From Carcharhinus amblyrhynchos (lineage: Eukaryota), in contig OZ336900.1 of NCBI GenBank assembly GCA_965287045.1, positions 12,524,001-12,588,000 of the forward strand: 64,000 nt of DNA, given 5' to 3'. Below the pieces are notes generated by a model. That model saw only the letters and a program-made list of their open reading frames with translations, was not told the DNA's origin and ran no database searches. This document shows, one piece after another, positions 25,820 through 37,746 of this stretch. A program made the position numbers and the translations under genes. Position 1 is the first letter of the stretch. Every line of letters begins with the position of its first letter.

Positions 25820-26005
25820 GGCTGCTGAGCATAGGTCAATGTGAAAGTTTCAAAACTGGTACTGATGTGTTTTTGTTAAGCAAGGGGTTTAAGGGAAATA
25901 GGACCGTGAAGGTTAGCTGGAGTTAAATGGAGATCAGCCATGATTTAATTGACAGAACAGGCTGGAGAGGCTGAATGGCCTACTGCTATTTTGACATTTC
26001 CCATA
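25820..26005 (+). mobile_element. CR1-like 3' end remnant
   Basis: gatcagccatgatttaattgacagaacaggctggagaggctgaatggcctact matches the tail of the 26475 element. Confidence 0.7.
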
Positions 26006-26474
26006 TTTCTATCACCCACTGTTCTTTCAGTCAATTCTTCCTCTTTTCAGAATCTCCACCCAAACCCCTCATCCTTGCCAAGTCTGCAACTTGCGACCAT
26101 AACCTTTCAAATGCCTCCAGAAAGCCATCTTTTGCACTGAGTGCCCACCCTTCTCAGTTTTTCATTATTATTCACTTCAATTCTAATTTTTTTCTGCCGT
26201 GAAATACACTGATGTGGAACGTTTTATGTTGGGAATGCAAGTTGCCGTAGAGGAATACTCCTGTGTTCACACGATCTCTTATCTACCTGCTTTGGATTGG
26301 ACATCAACTGTGTTAGTAACTTTTGGAGATAACTAGTCTTGTTGCCCACCCTTTTCCTCACTTTCTTCAATCTTTTTATTCTTCAGGCGAAGTACAAAAT
26401 AAAGACAAGGTGCACCTTTTGTGAAAGCTTGAGAATTAATTAGTCCAGGCTGCTCTTTTACTCTTGACTACACA

Positions 26475-27829
26475 ATGTTAGAATCTGTCATCAAGGAGGA
26501 AATAGCGAGGCATCTTGAGGGGAATTGCTTGATAGAGCAGACGCAGCACGGTTTCGTTAAGGGGAAGTCGTGTCTGACAAATTTACTGGAGTTCTATGAG
26601 GATGTGTCTAGGGCGGTGGATAGAGGAGAGCCGGTGGATGTGGTCTTTCTTGATTTTCAGAAGGTGTTTGACAAGGTACCTCACAAGAGGTTATTGCAGA
26701 AGGTCAGGGGGCATGGAGTTGGGGTAGGGTGTTAGCGTGGATAGAGGATTGGTTGTCAAATAGGAGGCAGAGAGTGGGGGTTAATGGGTGCTATTTGGAT
26801 TGGCGGTTGGTGACTAGTGGAGTGCCCCAGGGGTCGGTGCTGGGGCCTCAGCTATTTACCATTTATATAGGTTATCTGGAGGAGGGAACCAAGTGTATGG
26901 TGTCGAAATTTGCTGATGACACCAAGATTGGTGGAACGGCAAATTGCGCGGAGGGTGTGGAGAGTCTGCAGAAGGATCTAGATAGGCTGGGCGAATGGGC
27001 CAGGAACTGGCAAATGGAATTTAATGTTGGCAAGTGCGAGGTGGTCCACTTTGGTAGGAATAATGGTAGGAAGGACTATTACTTACGTGGCGAAAAACTG
27101 CAGCAGGCGACGGTGCAGAGGGACCTCGGGGTCCTTGTGCACGAGTCGCAAAAACCCAGCCTGCAGGTGCAGCAGGTGGTCAGGAAGGCAAATGGGATGC
27201 TGGCCTTCATAGCGAGGGGGATTGAATATAAAAGTAGGGAGGTCTTGCTGCAGCTGTATAGGGCATTGGTGAGGCCGCAGCTGGAGTACTGTGTGCAGTT
27301 TTGGTCGCCGCACTTACGCAAGGATATTTTGGCCTTGGAGGGAGTGCAGAGGAGGTTTACTAGGCTGATTCCGCAGTTGAGGGGGTTGAGCTATGAGGAG
27401 AGGCTGAATAACCTAGGCTTGTACTCGTTAGAGTTTAGAAGAATGAGGGGAGATCTCATTGAGACATATAAGATGATGAATGGGATGGGGTGGAGAGACT
27501 CTTCCCACTCAGAAAGGACAGTAGGACTAGGGGGCACAGCCTCAAGATAAAGGGGGGGCGGTTTAGAATGGAGTTGAGGAGGAACCTCTTCACTCAAAGG
27601 GTGGTGAATCTCTGGAATTCTCTGCCCGTTGAAGTGGTGGAGGCTGCCTCGCTAAATATTTTTAAGACACGGGTTGATGGGTTTTTGATAAGCGAGGGGA
27701 TTAAGGGTTATGGAGAGAGGGCGGGCATGTGGAACTGAGCCACGACAGATCAGCCATGATCTTATTGAATGGCGGGGCAGGCTCGAAGGGCTAGATGGCC
27801 TACTCCTGCTCCTATTTCTTATGTTCTTA
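26475..27829 (+). mobile_element. 5'-truncated CR1-clade (HER1-like) LINE with reverse-transcriptase coding sequence broken by two frameshifts
   Basis: Overlapping ORFs 26475..26735, 26729..27550 and 27490..27738 carry QHGF..KSCLTNL, LDFQKVFDKV, GVPQGSVLGP, SKFADDTK and QRVVNLWNSLP. The 3' UTR ends cctactcctgctcctatttcttatgttctta. Confidence 0.95.
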
Positions 27830-28009
27830 GAAGCATAGCTGCCCACCTCTGCCACACACATCTTTTGTGTTGAGACAGTATGCAAAAAGGGGCAGAAAAA
27901 TCATTCCAAACCTCTAAATTAAAAAGAAATGGCAGCTATACATCAGAACTTACCTAGTTTAATGTCTAGACTGGAGAACAATAATACCAACAAATATTAG
28001 CACAGAACG

Positions 28010-28270
28010 GAGACAAGCAAGGCTTCTCACAGGGGGTGGTGAATTTTTGGAACTCGCTGTCCCATAGCATGGTGGAGTCTGAATCATTAAATGGTTTCAA
28101 GAAGGAAATAGATATATTTCTGATTTTTAGAGTATAGATTAAATGGATATGGGAGATAGGGAGGTATATTTGCGACCACTGAGAAATCAGCCATGATCTG
28201 ATTGAATGGCAGAGCAGGCTGGAAGGGCTAAAATTGCCTACTTCTGCTCCTAATTCCTATATTCCTATGT
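28010..28270 (+). mobile_element. CR1-like 3' end fragment
   Basis: cacagggggtggtgaatttttggaactcgctg ... tcagccatgatctgattgaatggcagagcagg .. ttcctatg. Confidence 0.8.
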
Positions 28271-28914
28271 TGAGGCTGAAATTTTTGCCAATGGTGGGAG
28301 CATTGGTTGGATTTTCTTGGGGAAACTTGCTAAGGGAAGTACATGGGATTTTCAAATTAATTGATAAGGAGACAGGTTCCTGTCCATTCAGCATGGGGAA
28401 ATGCCTCACAATGGTGGAGCCACTCAGCTGTAGTAGAATGTAGGTAACTGGGTGCACACTTCAATAAGAAGGTGCACTTTGAGCTGTGTTGAAAATTTTC
28501 ATTAAAAAACAAAAAGAAAAACAACCAGGTCACCACAGTGGGAAGCGGGGGTTGGTTGGTGGAGGAGGGTGGTGATGTGTCCCTCAAGGTGGTCTTTGGC
28601 TGTGCTCCACTTAGTCAGGCAAGGTGGTCTGTAGGCCTGCTAGAATCAAAGGCACACCTGGCGACAGCCTCCAGGCAGATGATCTACCGTGTTGGGAAAT
28701 AACTGGAAAATCCCAGTCAGCCTCCTAAACTTACCTTAACTATGCTCTTAATGGACTGACTTGCCTGCCTCATGGGGTGAACTGTTTGCCCAAGCTTCAA
28801 ACTCCTCCCCTGGGCTCCAAACTCCTCTCTTGCAAAATGCCCGGTTCCAAGAAGATATCTTGCAGCTGTCATATCTGCAACGCCAGCATTTGTAGTCCTC
28901 TACCCCCCACTGTG

Positions 28915-29065
28915 GGGAAGAGAGAGATTTTTGTTGGGTAAAGGTTTGGGGTAAATGGAGCAAAGGTGGGAGAATGGAGTTGAGTTATAAATCATTCATG
29001 GTCTCATTGAATGGTAGATCAAGCTTGAGGGGCTGAATGGCCTAATTCTGTTCCTTGCACTCCTA
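28915..29065 (+). mobile_element. CR1-like 3' UTR remnant
   Basis: atggagttgag..ctcattgaatggtagatcaagcttgaggggctgaatggcct. Confidence 0.7.
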
Positions 29066-29710
29066 TCTTGTAACCAGCTGACCTGGACGCTGCCTGGTGG
29101 TTGGTTATGAGCAACTCTGGGAGTGGACTGGGAGCAAATTGACCATGCATTCTTTTTGCCAATGCTGACTCTTTTCACAGCAAGAGCAGAATAAGCATGT
29201 TTATTTAATAATGGGCAATTTTAAGAACAGTAAAACCATGGCCAATTAAGAAAATCAATTTCCAAAATCAGATTATGAATAAATAGTTGCTGACAAGGGC
29301 TCTTGAAGTGGAAAACAATATCTAATCCTATCTACGGGTTGCCAAGTGGATTGATAAGCTGCAATCAACTTTCTGATGGGATCATAGTGAGGAAATTTAT
29401 ATCTAATTTCAAGTAAAATAAAATTGCTGAAAACATAATCAGAGAAAAATGGGCTACTAACCGCGAAGACACATTAATGAGTTTCCAATAATGCACTCCT
29501 GTTGTGTACAAATCTTGTTTCAAGTATAGAACTGGAGTGTACAACTCCTATTACATATGAATACTGATTTAGGTCCAGAGTTGCAGTGTACTATTTCCAG
29601 TTAATTGTATACAAGACACTGCCCAACGACATTGTACAGTGTACAACCACAGCTGGTATGTGTATGTCTCATTCACTGCCTTTTCATGAGTACTTTTACC
29701 CAGTTACCAT

Positions 29711-29865
29711 TTCCATTTATTTATTTATTAGTGTCACAAGTAGGCTCACAGTAACCCTGCAATGGAATTACTGTTTAAATCCCCTTGTCGCCACACTCTG
29801 GCGCCTGTTCGGGTACACTGTGGGAGAATTTAGCACGGCCAGTGCACCAAACTAGCGTGTCTTTG
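29711..29865 (-). mobile_element. 3' part of an alternative-tail SINE
   Basis: tttattagtgtcacaagtaggct..ggcgcctgttcgggtacac..aatttagcacggcc is the reverse complement of the tail in the 598 and 13701 copies. Confidence 0.8.
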
Positions 29866-32011
29866 CTGATGTTATTCAAAAATCTTGTTCCAAGTTGGTG
29901 ATTAAAGAGCACCATTCCTATCCACTCCTATTAAATTAAAACCTTGGTCAAAGTACAGTCCTGAGCCAAGCAGAGCAATACTTGGCAGATCAGTTGTTTC
30001 TTTATTGGGACTGGATTATGTGTAGCTGGAGTGAGCGAGCCTTGATGTTAGATTAACTGCCAAAGTGTTATTTTAATCTTATTCAATCTGACTTTTATTC
30101 CATTTTTGTTAGCATTTGAAGAACTGAAAAGCACAAATGTTACATGGAGATTAAATAATATGACATTTTTATAAACTTCTACTTACATGTGCCATCACCC
30201 CAGCAGCACTGATTAAAATCACACATGAAGTAATTCTGTTATGGTTCCCCAGTTTACCTAGTGAATCACTGAGCTATGTGGATAAAGTAGGTCTCACTCT
30301 GTGCACGTTTTGGGGTGCAGTGGGTGGTGCACCTACCTTTGAGTCAAAAGGACTGGCTTCAAGTCTCATCCCAGGACTTGATGACTTTGGAAGGTGTGTT
30401 TGTGGTGTGGCCCAAGCAGGTTGATTATCTACATGTAGATCCTTCCAATACTTCTGTGGCAGGTGGTAAGAGCAACCAGAACCATTTGATAGCTGCAGTG
30501 CACCAACCTCCCATGTTAAACAACTCCACATGCAAGCTCTTGCTATGGGCTAGGTGATGAGCATCCTCCTCACATTGCAGGGCTACTAGGTGAGAGAGAC
30601 CATGCTCTGGTCCCTATTTTATTTCAGAATTTAAAACCAAAAGTGTTGAAATTACTTGAGCCCAGACAGGTCAGTAAATATGATACTACAAGTGCTTTAC
30701 TAATTCTCAGTGCCCCTTGGTTAGGGAGAACAAAAAACGCCAAGATCCCAAGCCACGGTCAACAGCTATCAATCCACTTTTCTTTTCACACTGGGATGTG
30801 GATGTCACTGGCTATGTTTGCTTGTCCCTGTATGCCCTGAGATAATGGTACTGGGATGCCCCCTATTTTGATATGACTGAATTGATTGCTAGATCACTTT
30901 GGAGGGACAGTTCAGGGTCAAGCACATAATGTGGGGACCCAGTCAAATGTAGGCCACACGAGAAAGGACAGCTGGATTCTTTCACTTGAGATATGTCAAT
31001 TAAAGGAGCCTATTACCAATTCTAGGGTTTCCCTGGTTAACTTGTCCAAATTGGTGTGGAGTATGCACCAAGTATGGGCCCCTCAGTGTTTTCAGTTACA
31101 CTATGGTCCTTGGCCACTGGGGGCCTCGAATGTAAAGGCAAATTTATGTTTTTAAGCTTGCCTCGAATTTGAGATGGGAAGAACAGGAGTATTTTTGGCC
31201 CCACTTTCCTTCAGAACGTACCCACAGGACCTTGCTGTCCAAATTGGACAATTTTGGGAATTCTCTGACTGATGAGCTACAATACAATGCCTAATTGGTA
31301 TCTGGAGTTCACTGAAAGGTCCGGTGCTCCATTTTCAGAGATCCAAAATTCACATTTGTTCATGCCACAAAACCATTTCCTCCCCCACTTCCCTCAGGCC
31401 ATTCATCACAGGAAATGTACATTATGTCACCCATTTCTTGCACGATGTTATATTTAGTATCATAAACATTACCCATACAAGGCTTGGTTCTTCTGTTAAA
31501 AATGTTTTCACTTTTTGGTACAAGATGGGGGATGGTATTGAGTCTTTATGACAGCACTAAGGATGTGGCGCACAGCTCCTTGCACAGTCTTATTGAATCT
31601 GGCTACAAAGTGGCAAAACCTAAATAAGGCTATTCAATGAATTCTTATTCACCCTTCCAAAAATAATCTTCAATTGCCTACCTCAGCATCCAACTGTTCC
31701 TTAAATGAGCTTTGGCTCCACTGCTTGACCTGGAAGTCCATTCCAAATGTTCGTCATTCCTAAGTTTGATTTTTCTTAGCTTGAATAGGTTTTCTCATTC
31801 CTTACCATCATGGTATAATTTGAAACAGTTTTTAAAAATCTCTCTTTATAGCTAAGTTGCCAGCAAGGAAGGATCTATCCTATGGTTCTTTTCTACAATA
31901 TTTCCAGGACCTTGGACTTCCTGCTTATGTCCTGAATGATCAAAACTCTCATTGAGATTCAAAGAGCATGCAATTGTCCACTGTTGTATCCACACACTAA
32001 TCTCTGACACT

Positions 32012-32227
32012 AGATGTGGAGATGCCGGTGTTGGACTGGGGTGGACACAATAAGAAGTCTCGCAACACCAGGTTATAGTCCAACAGGTTTATTTGGAATC
32101 ACAAGCCTTCGGAGCACTGCTCCTTCCTCGGGCGAGTCACTCACCTGAGGAAGAAGCAGTGCTCTGAAAGCTCATGACTCCAAATAAACATATTGGACTT
32201 TAACCTGGTGTTGCGAGACTTCTTACT
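32012..32227. repeat. Penelope-type palindromic element: 87-nt inverted arms (32051-32137 / 32139-32225)
   Basis: Manual alignment of the left arm against the reverse complement of the right arm gives 76/87 identical positions, with a 1-nt spacer. Confidence 0.88.
32131..32180 (+). ncRNA. Hammerhead-ribozyme-like motif (minimal, Penelope-type)
   Basis: CUGAGGA (32145-32151), a short imperfect stem AGAAGC/GCUCU, GAAA (32166-32169), then GC-UC, with flanks able to pair (GAGUCA/UGACUC). Confidence 0.55.
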
Positions 32228-33549
32228 GCTCCTGCAGTAGATGCAAGGACCAATAGTTGTCCAAATTATTGTCCATTTTTGTAGTTGTGGCCCTGTGCCC
32301 AATGAGAACTTAGTTGATACTGTCAAAAATAATTCTACAAAAGCTTTACAAATTATAAGAAGGGGAGCCTTTTATCCTTTTATCTTCATTGGACTTGATC
32401 CTATCGTGTGGCTGGAAGGGCTGTGGGCTATTAAATTGCTCCAACTGGTTCACAATTTTCACGGTTCCACAGTAATTTTTTAATCACACTGATATTTAAA
32501 TGACTTGGTTGAATGGTACTGTTGCTTTAGCTGTACAACATTAACAAATCATTCCCTCAGAGGAATATGGATTAGTTTAGTAGTAGATTAAAATCATAAT
32601 TGACTCACATTTCATTATTTTATACCAGATTGGAAATGAAGGGAGGCTATTGGAAAATGGATGAGCAGGAGAATAGTCACACAGCAGTCTTTCTATCTTT
32701 TAGCTGCACAGTAATTCCTGTTGGAATGATTGATGCAAATGCTTTTGCATTAGTACAAGCTAAAGGTGCATTCATCAACACAATTATGCCATTGAACTCT
32801 GAATAAGTTAAACTGTAGAAATGTTATTGGTCCATGGAGAGCAACTCATTATTCTGTCAAGCATGGAAAATATTTGGCAGGTGGCAGAATATATCATATT
32901 GCAGAGGTACAAACATACCAACATGTTCGCACATATCAACAGGGTACAGCAGTGGTAATAGTGTTAGCTACAGAAACCTCATTACATCCCCTGATCATCT
33001 CTTATTAAACCTGTACAGGGGCACCATAAAGTGCTGACTAGTCACAGATGTGGCTCCAGCAACACTGTTTTATCAACATGATTTCAGTAGAAGACACCTT
33101 GCACACACCACTTACATAATACAGGTGAATCTACAATGTATGTTTACTTAACAAACACTGATCTAGAGCAATCAAGGAAGCAAAGCAGTCAAGCTATTTT
33201 AGCAATAATCCCATGAAAAGGTTAGCCTTCACATGCATACACAGTACAAATGTGAACATTAAAGTCATATGCTCACTTATCTTTTTCTTACTAAGTCTGG
33301 GGTAGAAATGGGATCTACAGAAAACCTTATAGGATTTGGGATGAACAAGTGCTGGAACAGCTCTGCTTGTTGCTGGACTTTATTCCATATACAATGATCC
33401 CAAAACTCAGCTTCAAACTATTGTTTTCCGTATGCAAGTAGTTTGATTAAGTTTGTCTGCTTCTGTTTCCACGTCAAAGCATCAGGACATAAAATTATGG
33501 TTCAAGCTTGTGGGGACAAGTTTGGAAGAAATGGCAAAATTGTTCTTAA

Positions 33550-33615
33550 AAAAGTCAGAAATGCTAGGAAAACTCAGCAAGCTACACAGCATCCGTGGAG
33601 AGAGAAAGAGTTAAT
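33550..33615 (-). mobile_element. Penelope-like repeat arm (inverted partner of ~35400-35600)
   Basis: Its reverse complement ttaactctttctctctccacggatgctg..gctgagttttcctagcatttctg matches 35507-35570. Confidence 0.65.
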
Positions 33616-34219
33616 GGCCTGAATTTTCACTCTTGGGTCGGGGGCTCAGAGTTGAAAGAATTCCAGGCTTCATAACCACCACGTGGGAGAAAGTGCCCCA
33701 GAAGTTTGGGTTTTATTTCAGGGTGCTGGGTTTCTATGGGAGTCAGACCTACTCCCCTCAGAAACAGTTCTGAGATAGCATGTGAGCTTCTGGATTCAGG
33801 GGTGAGCTGGACAAAAGGCAGGCCTCAGCGACCTGGTACTCGGTCCCAGCTGCAAAACCCAATAAAACAAGTAACAGTCCTCTAGTCCTCAACCCACTCC
33901 CTGTACTTCCATGATCCCTCCATGCCAACTCATGCCCTCCTTGCCAACCTGTGCCCCTCCACCAACCTCCCATGGCCCTTTATAGCAGCAATGTCAATTT
34001 AGTGCCCACCCATGCACTCCTATCCCCTGTACCCTCAGATGGAGTATCTAGCATGGGCAGATCTCAGGATCATGTTGGGAAAAAATAAAGTTTTAAGTGT
34101 CTATAGATAAATTCACTGTTTAAAAGAACTCTCATTGTTAACCCATTTGTTACACTTAAATTTCTTCAACCATTTAATCTCTTAGAACATTTGTTTTCAC
34201 GGCCCCAAAGACTTGATCA

Positions 34220-34575
34220 GGGAAGCGATGGTCTACTGGTATTATCACTAGACTATTAATCCACAAATTCAGTTAATGTTCTGGGGGCCTAGGTTCAAAT
34301 CCTGCCATGGCAGATTGTAGAATTTGAATTCACTAAAAAAATCTGTAATTGAGAATCCACCAATGGCCTTGAAACTATTGTCGATTGTTAGAAAATCCCA
34401 TCTGATTCACTTAGGGAAGAACATCTGCCATCCTTATGACTTGGTCTGGCCTACATGTGACTCTAGAGCCACAGCAATGTGGTTGACTCTCAACTGCCCT
34501 CCAAGGGCAACTGGGAAGGGCAATAAATGCTGGCCAGCTAGCAACACCCATTTCCCGTGAATGAAGAAAATAAAA
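34220..34575 (+). mobile_element. tRNA-derived SINE, second family
   Basis: Head gcgatggtctactggtattatcactaga, B-box ggttcaaatcc, tail caataaatgctggccag..cccgtgaatgaa. Aligns with the 50832 copy. Confidence 0.85.
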
Positions 34576-34787
34576 TGAAAAGCTTTATAATCACTTTGAG
34601 CAGTCAGTCAAGATGGGAATTGACAGGCAACCTACTGTGATAATGATAGATTGTGAAATCAGTGATGCAGCACTAATCCTATAATGATAACCCTCAGTCT
34701 TATGTTAACAGGCAAAGTGTTAGCAAGCAGCAGTTTTCTTTAGCCCTGCAAACTTTTTTAATTAAAAGCTTGGATATTTAATTCCAG

Positions 34788-34877
34788 TTGACAGTTCACT
34801 GGAACTTGACAGTTCCAGTGAGCCTTGACAGTTGCCTTGACAGTTTGACAGTTCCCTGTGACATCTCTGTTTGACAG
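34788..34877. repeat. Cluster of six TTGACAG units with an embedded 11-bp hairpin
   Basis: TTGACAG at 34788, 34806, 34825, 34837, 34845 and 34871; TCACTGGAACT-TGAC-AGTTCCAGTGA at 34796-34821. Confidence 0.85.
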
Positions 34878-35399
34878 GTCAATTGAGCTTGAGTATTCCA
34901 ATGAGCTTGACTGTTTATCCACTATTACACACATTCATGTTTACTTTGAACAATCCCAAAGGGCACCTCATCTTTCCCCCAAGACCTCTCACAAAGCCAT
35001 CCTGGGGCCATTTCAAAAAGGGTACCCTATCACTCCAAATAATTCCTGTAAATTTAAATCTTCAGCTACCAGGTGTAATGCGCACGTCATACTTCCAACT
35101 CCTAGTAACAATTAGATCAGACTGGAGGCAGCTGCACATGTTAAAGTGTGCACCTGCCTCTGAGGGCCAGAGATGTGCAAAGTTCAATTTGCCCCCATTA
35201 CCTCTCCTGGGTGGGACTGGGCAGGATTTCCAATTCAGGCCTCTAGTGCCATTTTTGCAGTTTTCACCTGTGCATAAATTCAGGTCCAACATTTCAAGCC
35301 TGTGGTCTTTCATTAGAACTGGGAAAAGTCAGGAATGTATTAGGTTTTGAGCAAGGGCTGGGTTTTTCCGAGGCCCTGGATCATCCCATCACTCCTGTT

Positions 35400-35600
35400 C
35401 TGCACCCGATCACAGACCTACCTTTAGTCTTTGTGCAACCCCTCCCGTTGCTCAAAACCAATCAAATTTCTAACTTTTCCGACTTCTGATGAAAGGTCGC
35501 AGAACGTTAACTCCAGTTCTCTCTCCACAAATGGTGCCTGACCTGTTGAGCATCCCTAGCATCTTCTGTTTCTTATTTTAGATTTCCACAGTATTCTACT
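35400..35600 (+). mobile_element. Penelope-like repeat end with a decayed hammerhead core
   Basis: ttctgatgaaaggtcgca-gaacgttaactcc..ctctccacaaatggtgcctgacctgttgag: CUGAUGA is intact and the GAAAC half is damaged. Confidence 0.6.
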
Positions 35601-37713
35601 TTTCATTCTGAAAGAAAGTTGGAATGGATTGCAGGGAATTATGGTTGAGCACAAAGCAGCTTTCTGGCTTCAGTTTAAAAAAAAGTAGAGAGAGGCCATT
35701 CTGGAAAGATGAAATTGCCAACCACAAGTGTCTTTTTTTTTGTCTGAGCCTATCTTATGATAGTGTTTGTTTTCGGGATGTGAGTGACTTTTGCCAGGCT
35801 GCAATTGTTGCTCAATTTGTAGTTGCCCTGACAAGGTGGCAGTTGGTCACCTTGAGCTTGTCTTTGCAGTGATGAGGTTTAATAGGGAATTCCATGTATA
35901 GCTAAGTGAGAATGGAGTATTGCTTGGAGGGGATCTTTGAATGCTTGCAGCAAAGGATCAGTGTGTAATTAATGTGTGCAAAAATGGATCTAAGCAATTT
36001 CAAACTGTTGGACCCTATTTGTTATCCAAATGATACTGTGAAGTACCAATGTAGTTAAACAATGGGAAGCAATGTCCTTTTTCTTTCTGTGCACTGCTAA
36101 CCCGTTCTTAATGCCATACAAACATTTTAAAAGGGGCGTTGCATCAAGATGACATTTAAAAGACAACCTGTGCAGGCCAACTGGAAGAGGGACTGGAGCT
36201 TTAAGAAGAGAGGTCAGGAATTTCTATTGCTAAAGGCGGTCGTTAGCTTGGGCTTGTTACTACAGTGTTTTTACCAGGGTCACTGGAAACTAAACAGTGA
36301 GTGGTTTGTTGTGATGTGGACAGGCTGGAAATGATGCTGTCTGCATCTTCTGCTGTGAATTCAGTGGAGGGTTTATATGTGGTGACATGGAAATTATGTT
36401 TGCATTTTCATTTTCTGAATGTTGCTGGTTGTCATGAAACTCACCCTGACAGTTTCTTACCACCAGGCAGCAGAATCTTCTTGCAACATTTTTTGTGCAA
36501 GACAGATGCTCAGCAGTTATTTTTCGGAGCCCTTCCGCTCTGGACTATTCCATGCGACAGATGCCAGGACAAGAACTGTTTCCCGGGAACATTTCTGTCA
36601 CACTCCTGCCTTCAGTCCAAAGAGTGACCTTTTGTGAATAATACAAAAGCTTTTATGGAGAAGCGCAAACCTTCACCCAGAGCAGGCTCAAAGCAAATTT
36701 CAGCTCCTGTTTCTTTCCTCAAGTCAGCCTGCATTAGAAACAGAGTTCCGCCCAGGCTATCCAGATGCAGACAGCAATCGCACTTGTCAGCACTGAATTC
36801 AATAATTTTAGTGAGGCAGTTCTTCTGCTAGCATTATCTCCAGAGTAGAACACCGCACAGAAAAGCAAAAGCTACTTAGATTGCAAAGAGCTCTTGTGGT
36901 GCTGTCTGTCAGATATATCAGTTCGTGGAAGTCATCGGTTTGCAAACAATTAGTTTATCCCTTTACTTCCTCAATTTAGCACTGCAGTTTTCTATCATTA
37001 AGTTTCTTCAGGATATTTGGGATTGAACTCATTTTCCATCCGAATTCTGGCCTGGTGCTTCACTGTGGAGGTTTACTCCTTTCTTGAACTATGTACTTTT
37101 CTCCTCTTCACAATCCCTTCATTGCTCTATGTTCTATTTCGAAGGAATTTTCCCAGCAGCCTCCCTGGTTCAGTCTGCAAATGACATCCATGGTGCAACT
37201 GCCTAGTTTGATTTGACTTCAGAATGTGCCATGCCTGCTGGCCAGCATCATATACCCCTTTCTCCTGTTGGTATTAATGGTGGCGTGGGACGTGGAACTG
37301 CATACTAAACTTTACAACAAGCTTAGTAGAGATTGGTACACCTGGGCATCGCTCCTCAGTATTCAAACCGGTGATAGAATTTTTGTATTGGCCCGAGGAT
37401 CTCTAATGGCCGTTATGGGATGTACGCCTTGTCATTTTCACATTTTTGGTGGTGTTGGGAATGTCACCCACTATACATCAGTGATTGCTTGGCTTAGGAG
37501 TTCATTTGTATATAGAGATGAGCACGAGAAGCAATACAAATGGTAACCTGTATGGGAGACACTGAGTGGAGTGCGTGGCCAATCCTGACATTTTAAAACT
37601 TAAGGTCCCCTGTATTGAATTTCTTTTCCCTGTGCTTCGCATTGACCTTTCATGAAACATAATTCTTGTTTTCTGCATCTTTTAACCTGTCATTTTTTTT
37701 GCATTATCTTCAG

Positions 37714-37746
37714 CAAAATATGGCTATAACGGATATATCAGCTCAA
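37714..37746 (+). CDS. KCNMA1: KCNMA1 alternative 33-nt exon: (P)KYGYNGYISS(I)
   Basis: ttttttttgcattatcttcag|CAAAATATGGCTATAACGGATATATCAGCTCAA|gtaagt; phase 1-1, no stop. It resembles the YGYNGY insert I recall from non-mammalian Slo1 isoforms. Confidence 0.82.

Larger units (their letters stand above)
33616..35241. mobile_element. Putative non-autonomous TIR DNA element with 10-bp perfect inverted ends
   Basis: GGCCTGAATT at 33616-33625 and AATTCAGGCC at 35232-35241; GC-richer subterminal sequence; no transposase ORF recognisable. Confidence 0.5.

Noticed and set aside
26729-27550. 273-aa reverse transcriptase ORF as a retron or novel RT system
   Set aside because: It is a 5'-truncated, frameshifted CR1-clade LINE with a typical 3' tail.
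34871-35350. 159-aa ORF inside the TIR element as a transposase
   Set aside because: It starts at TTG and has no DDE or DNA-binding motif and no recognisable similarity.
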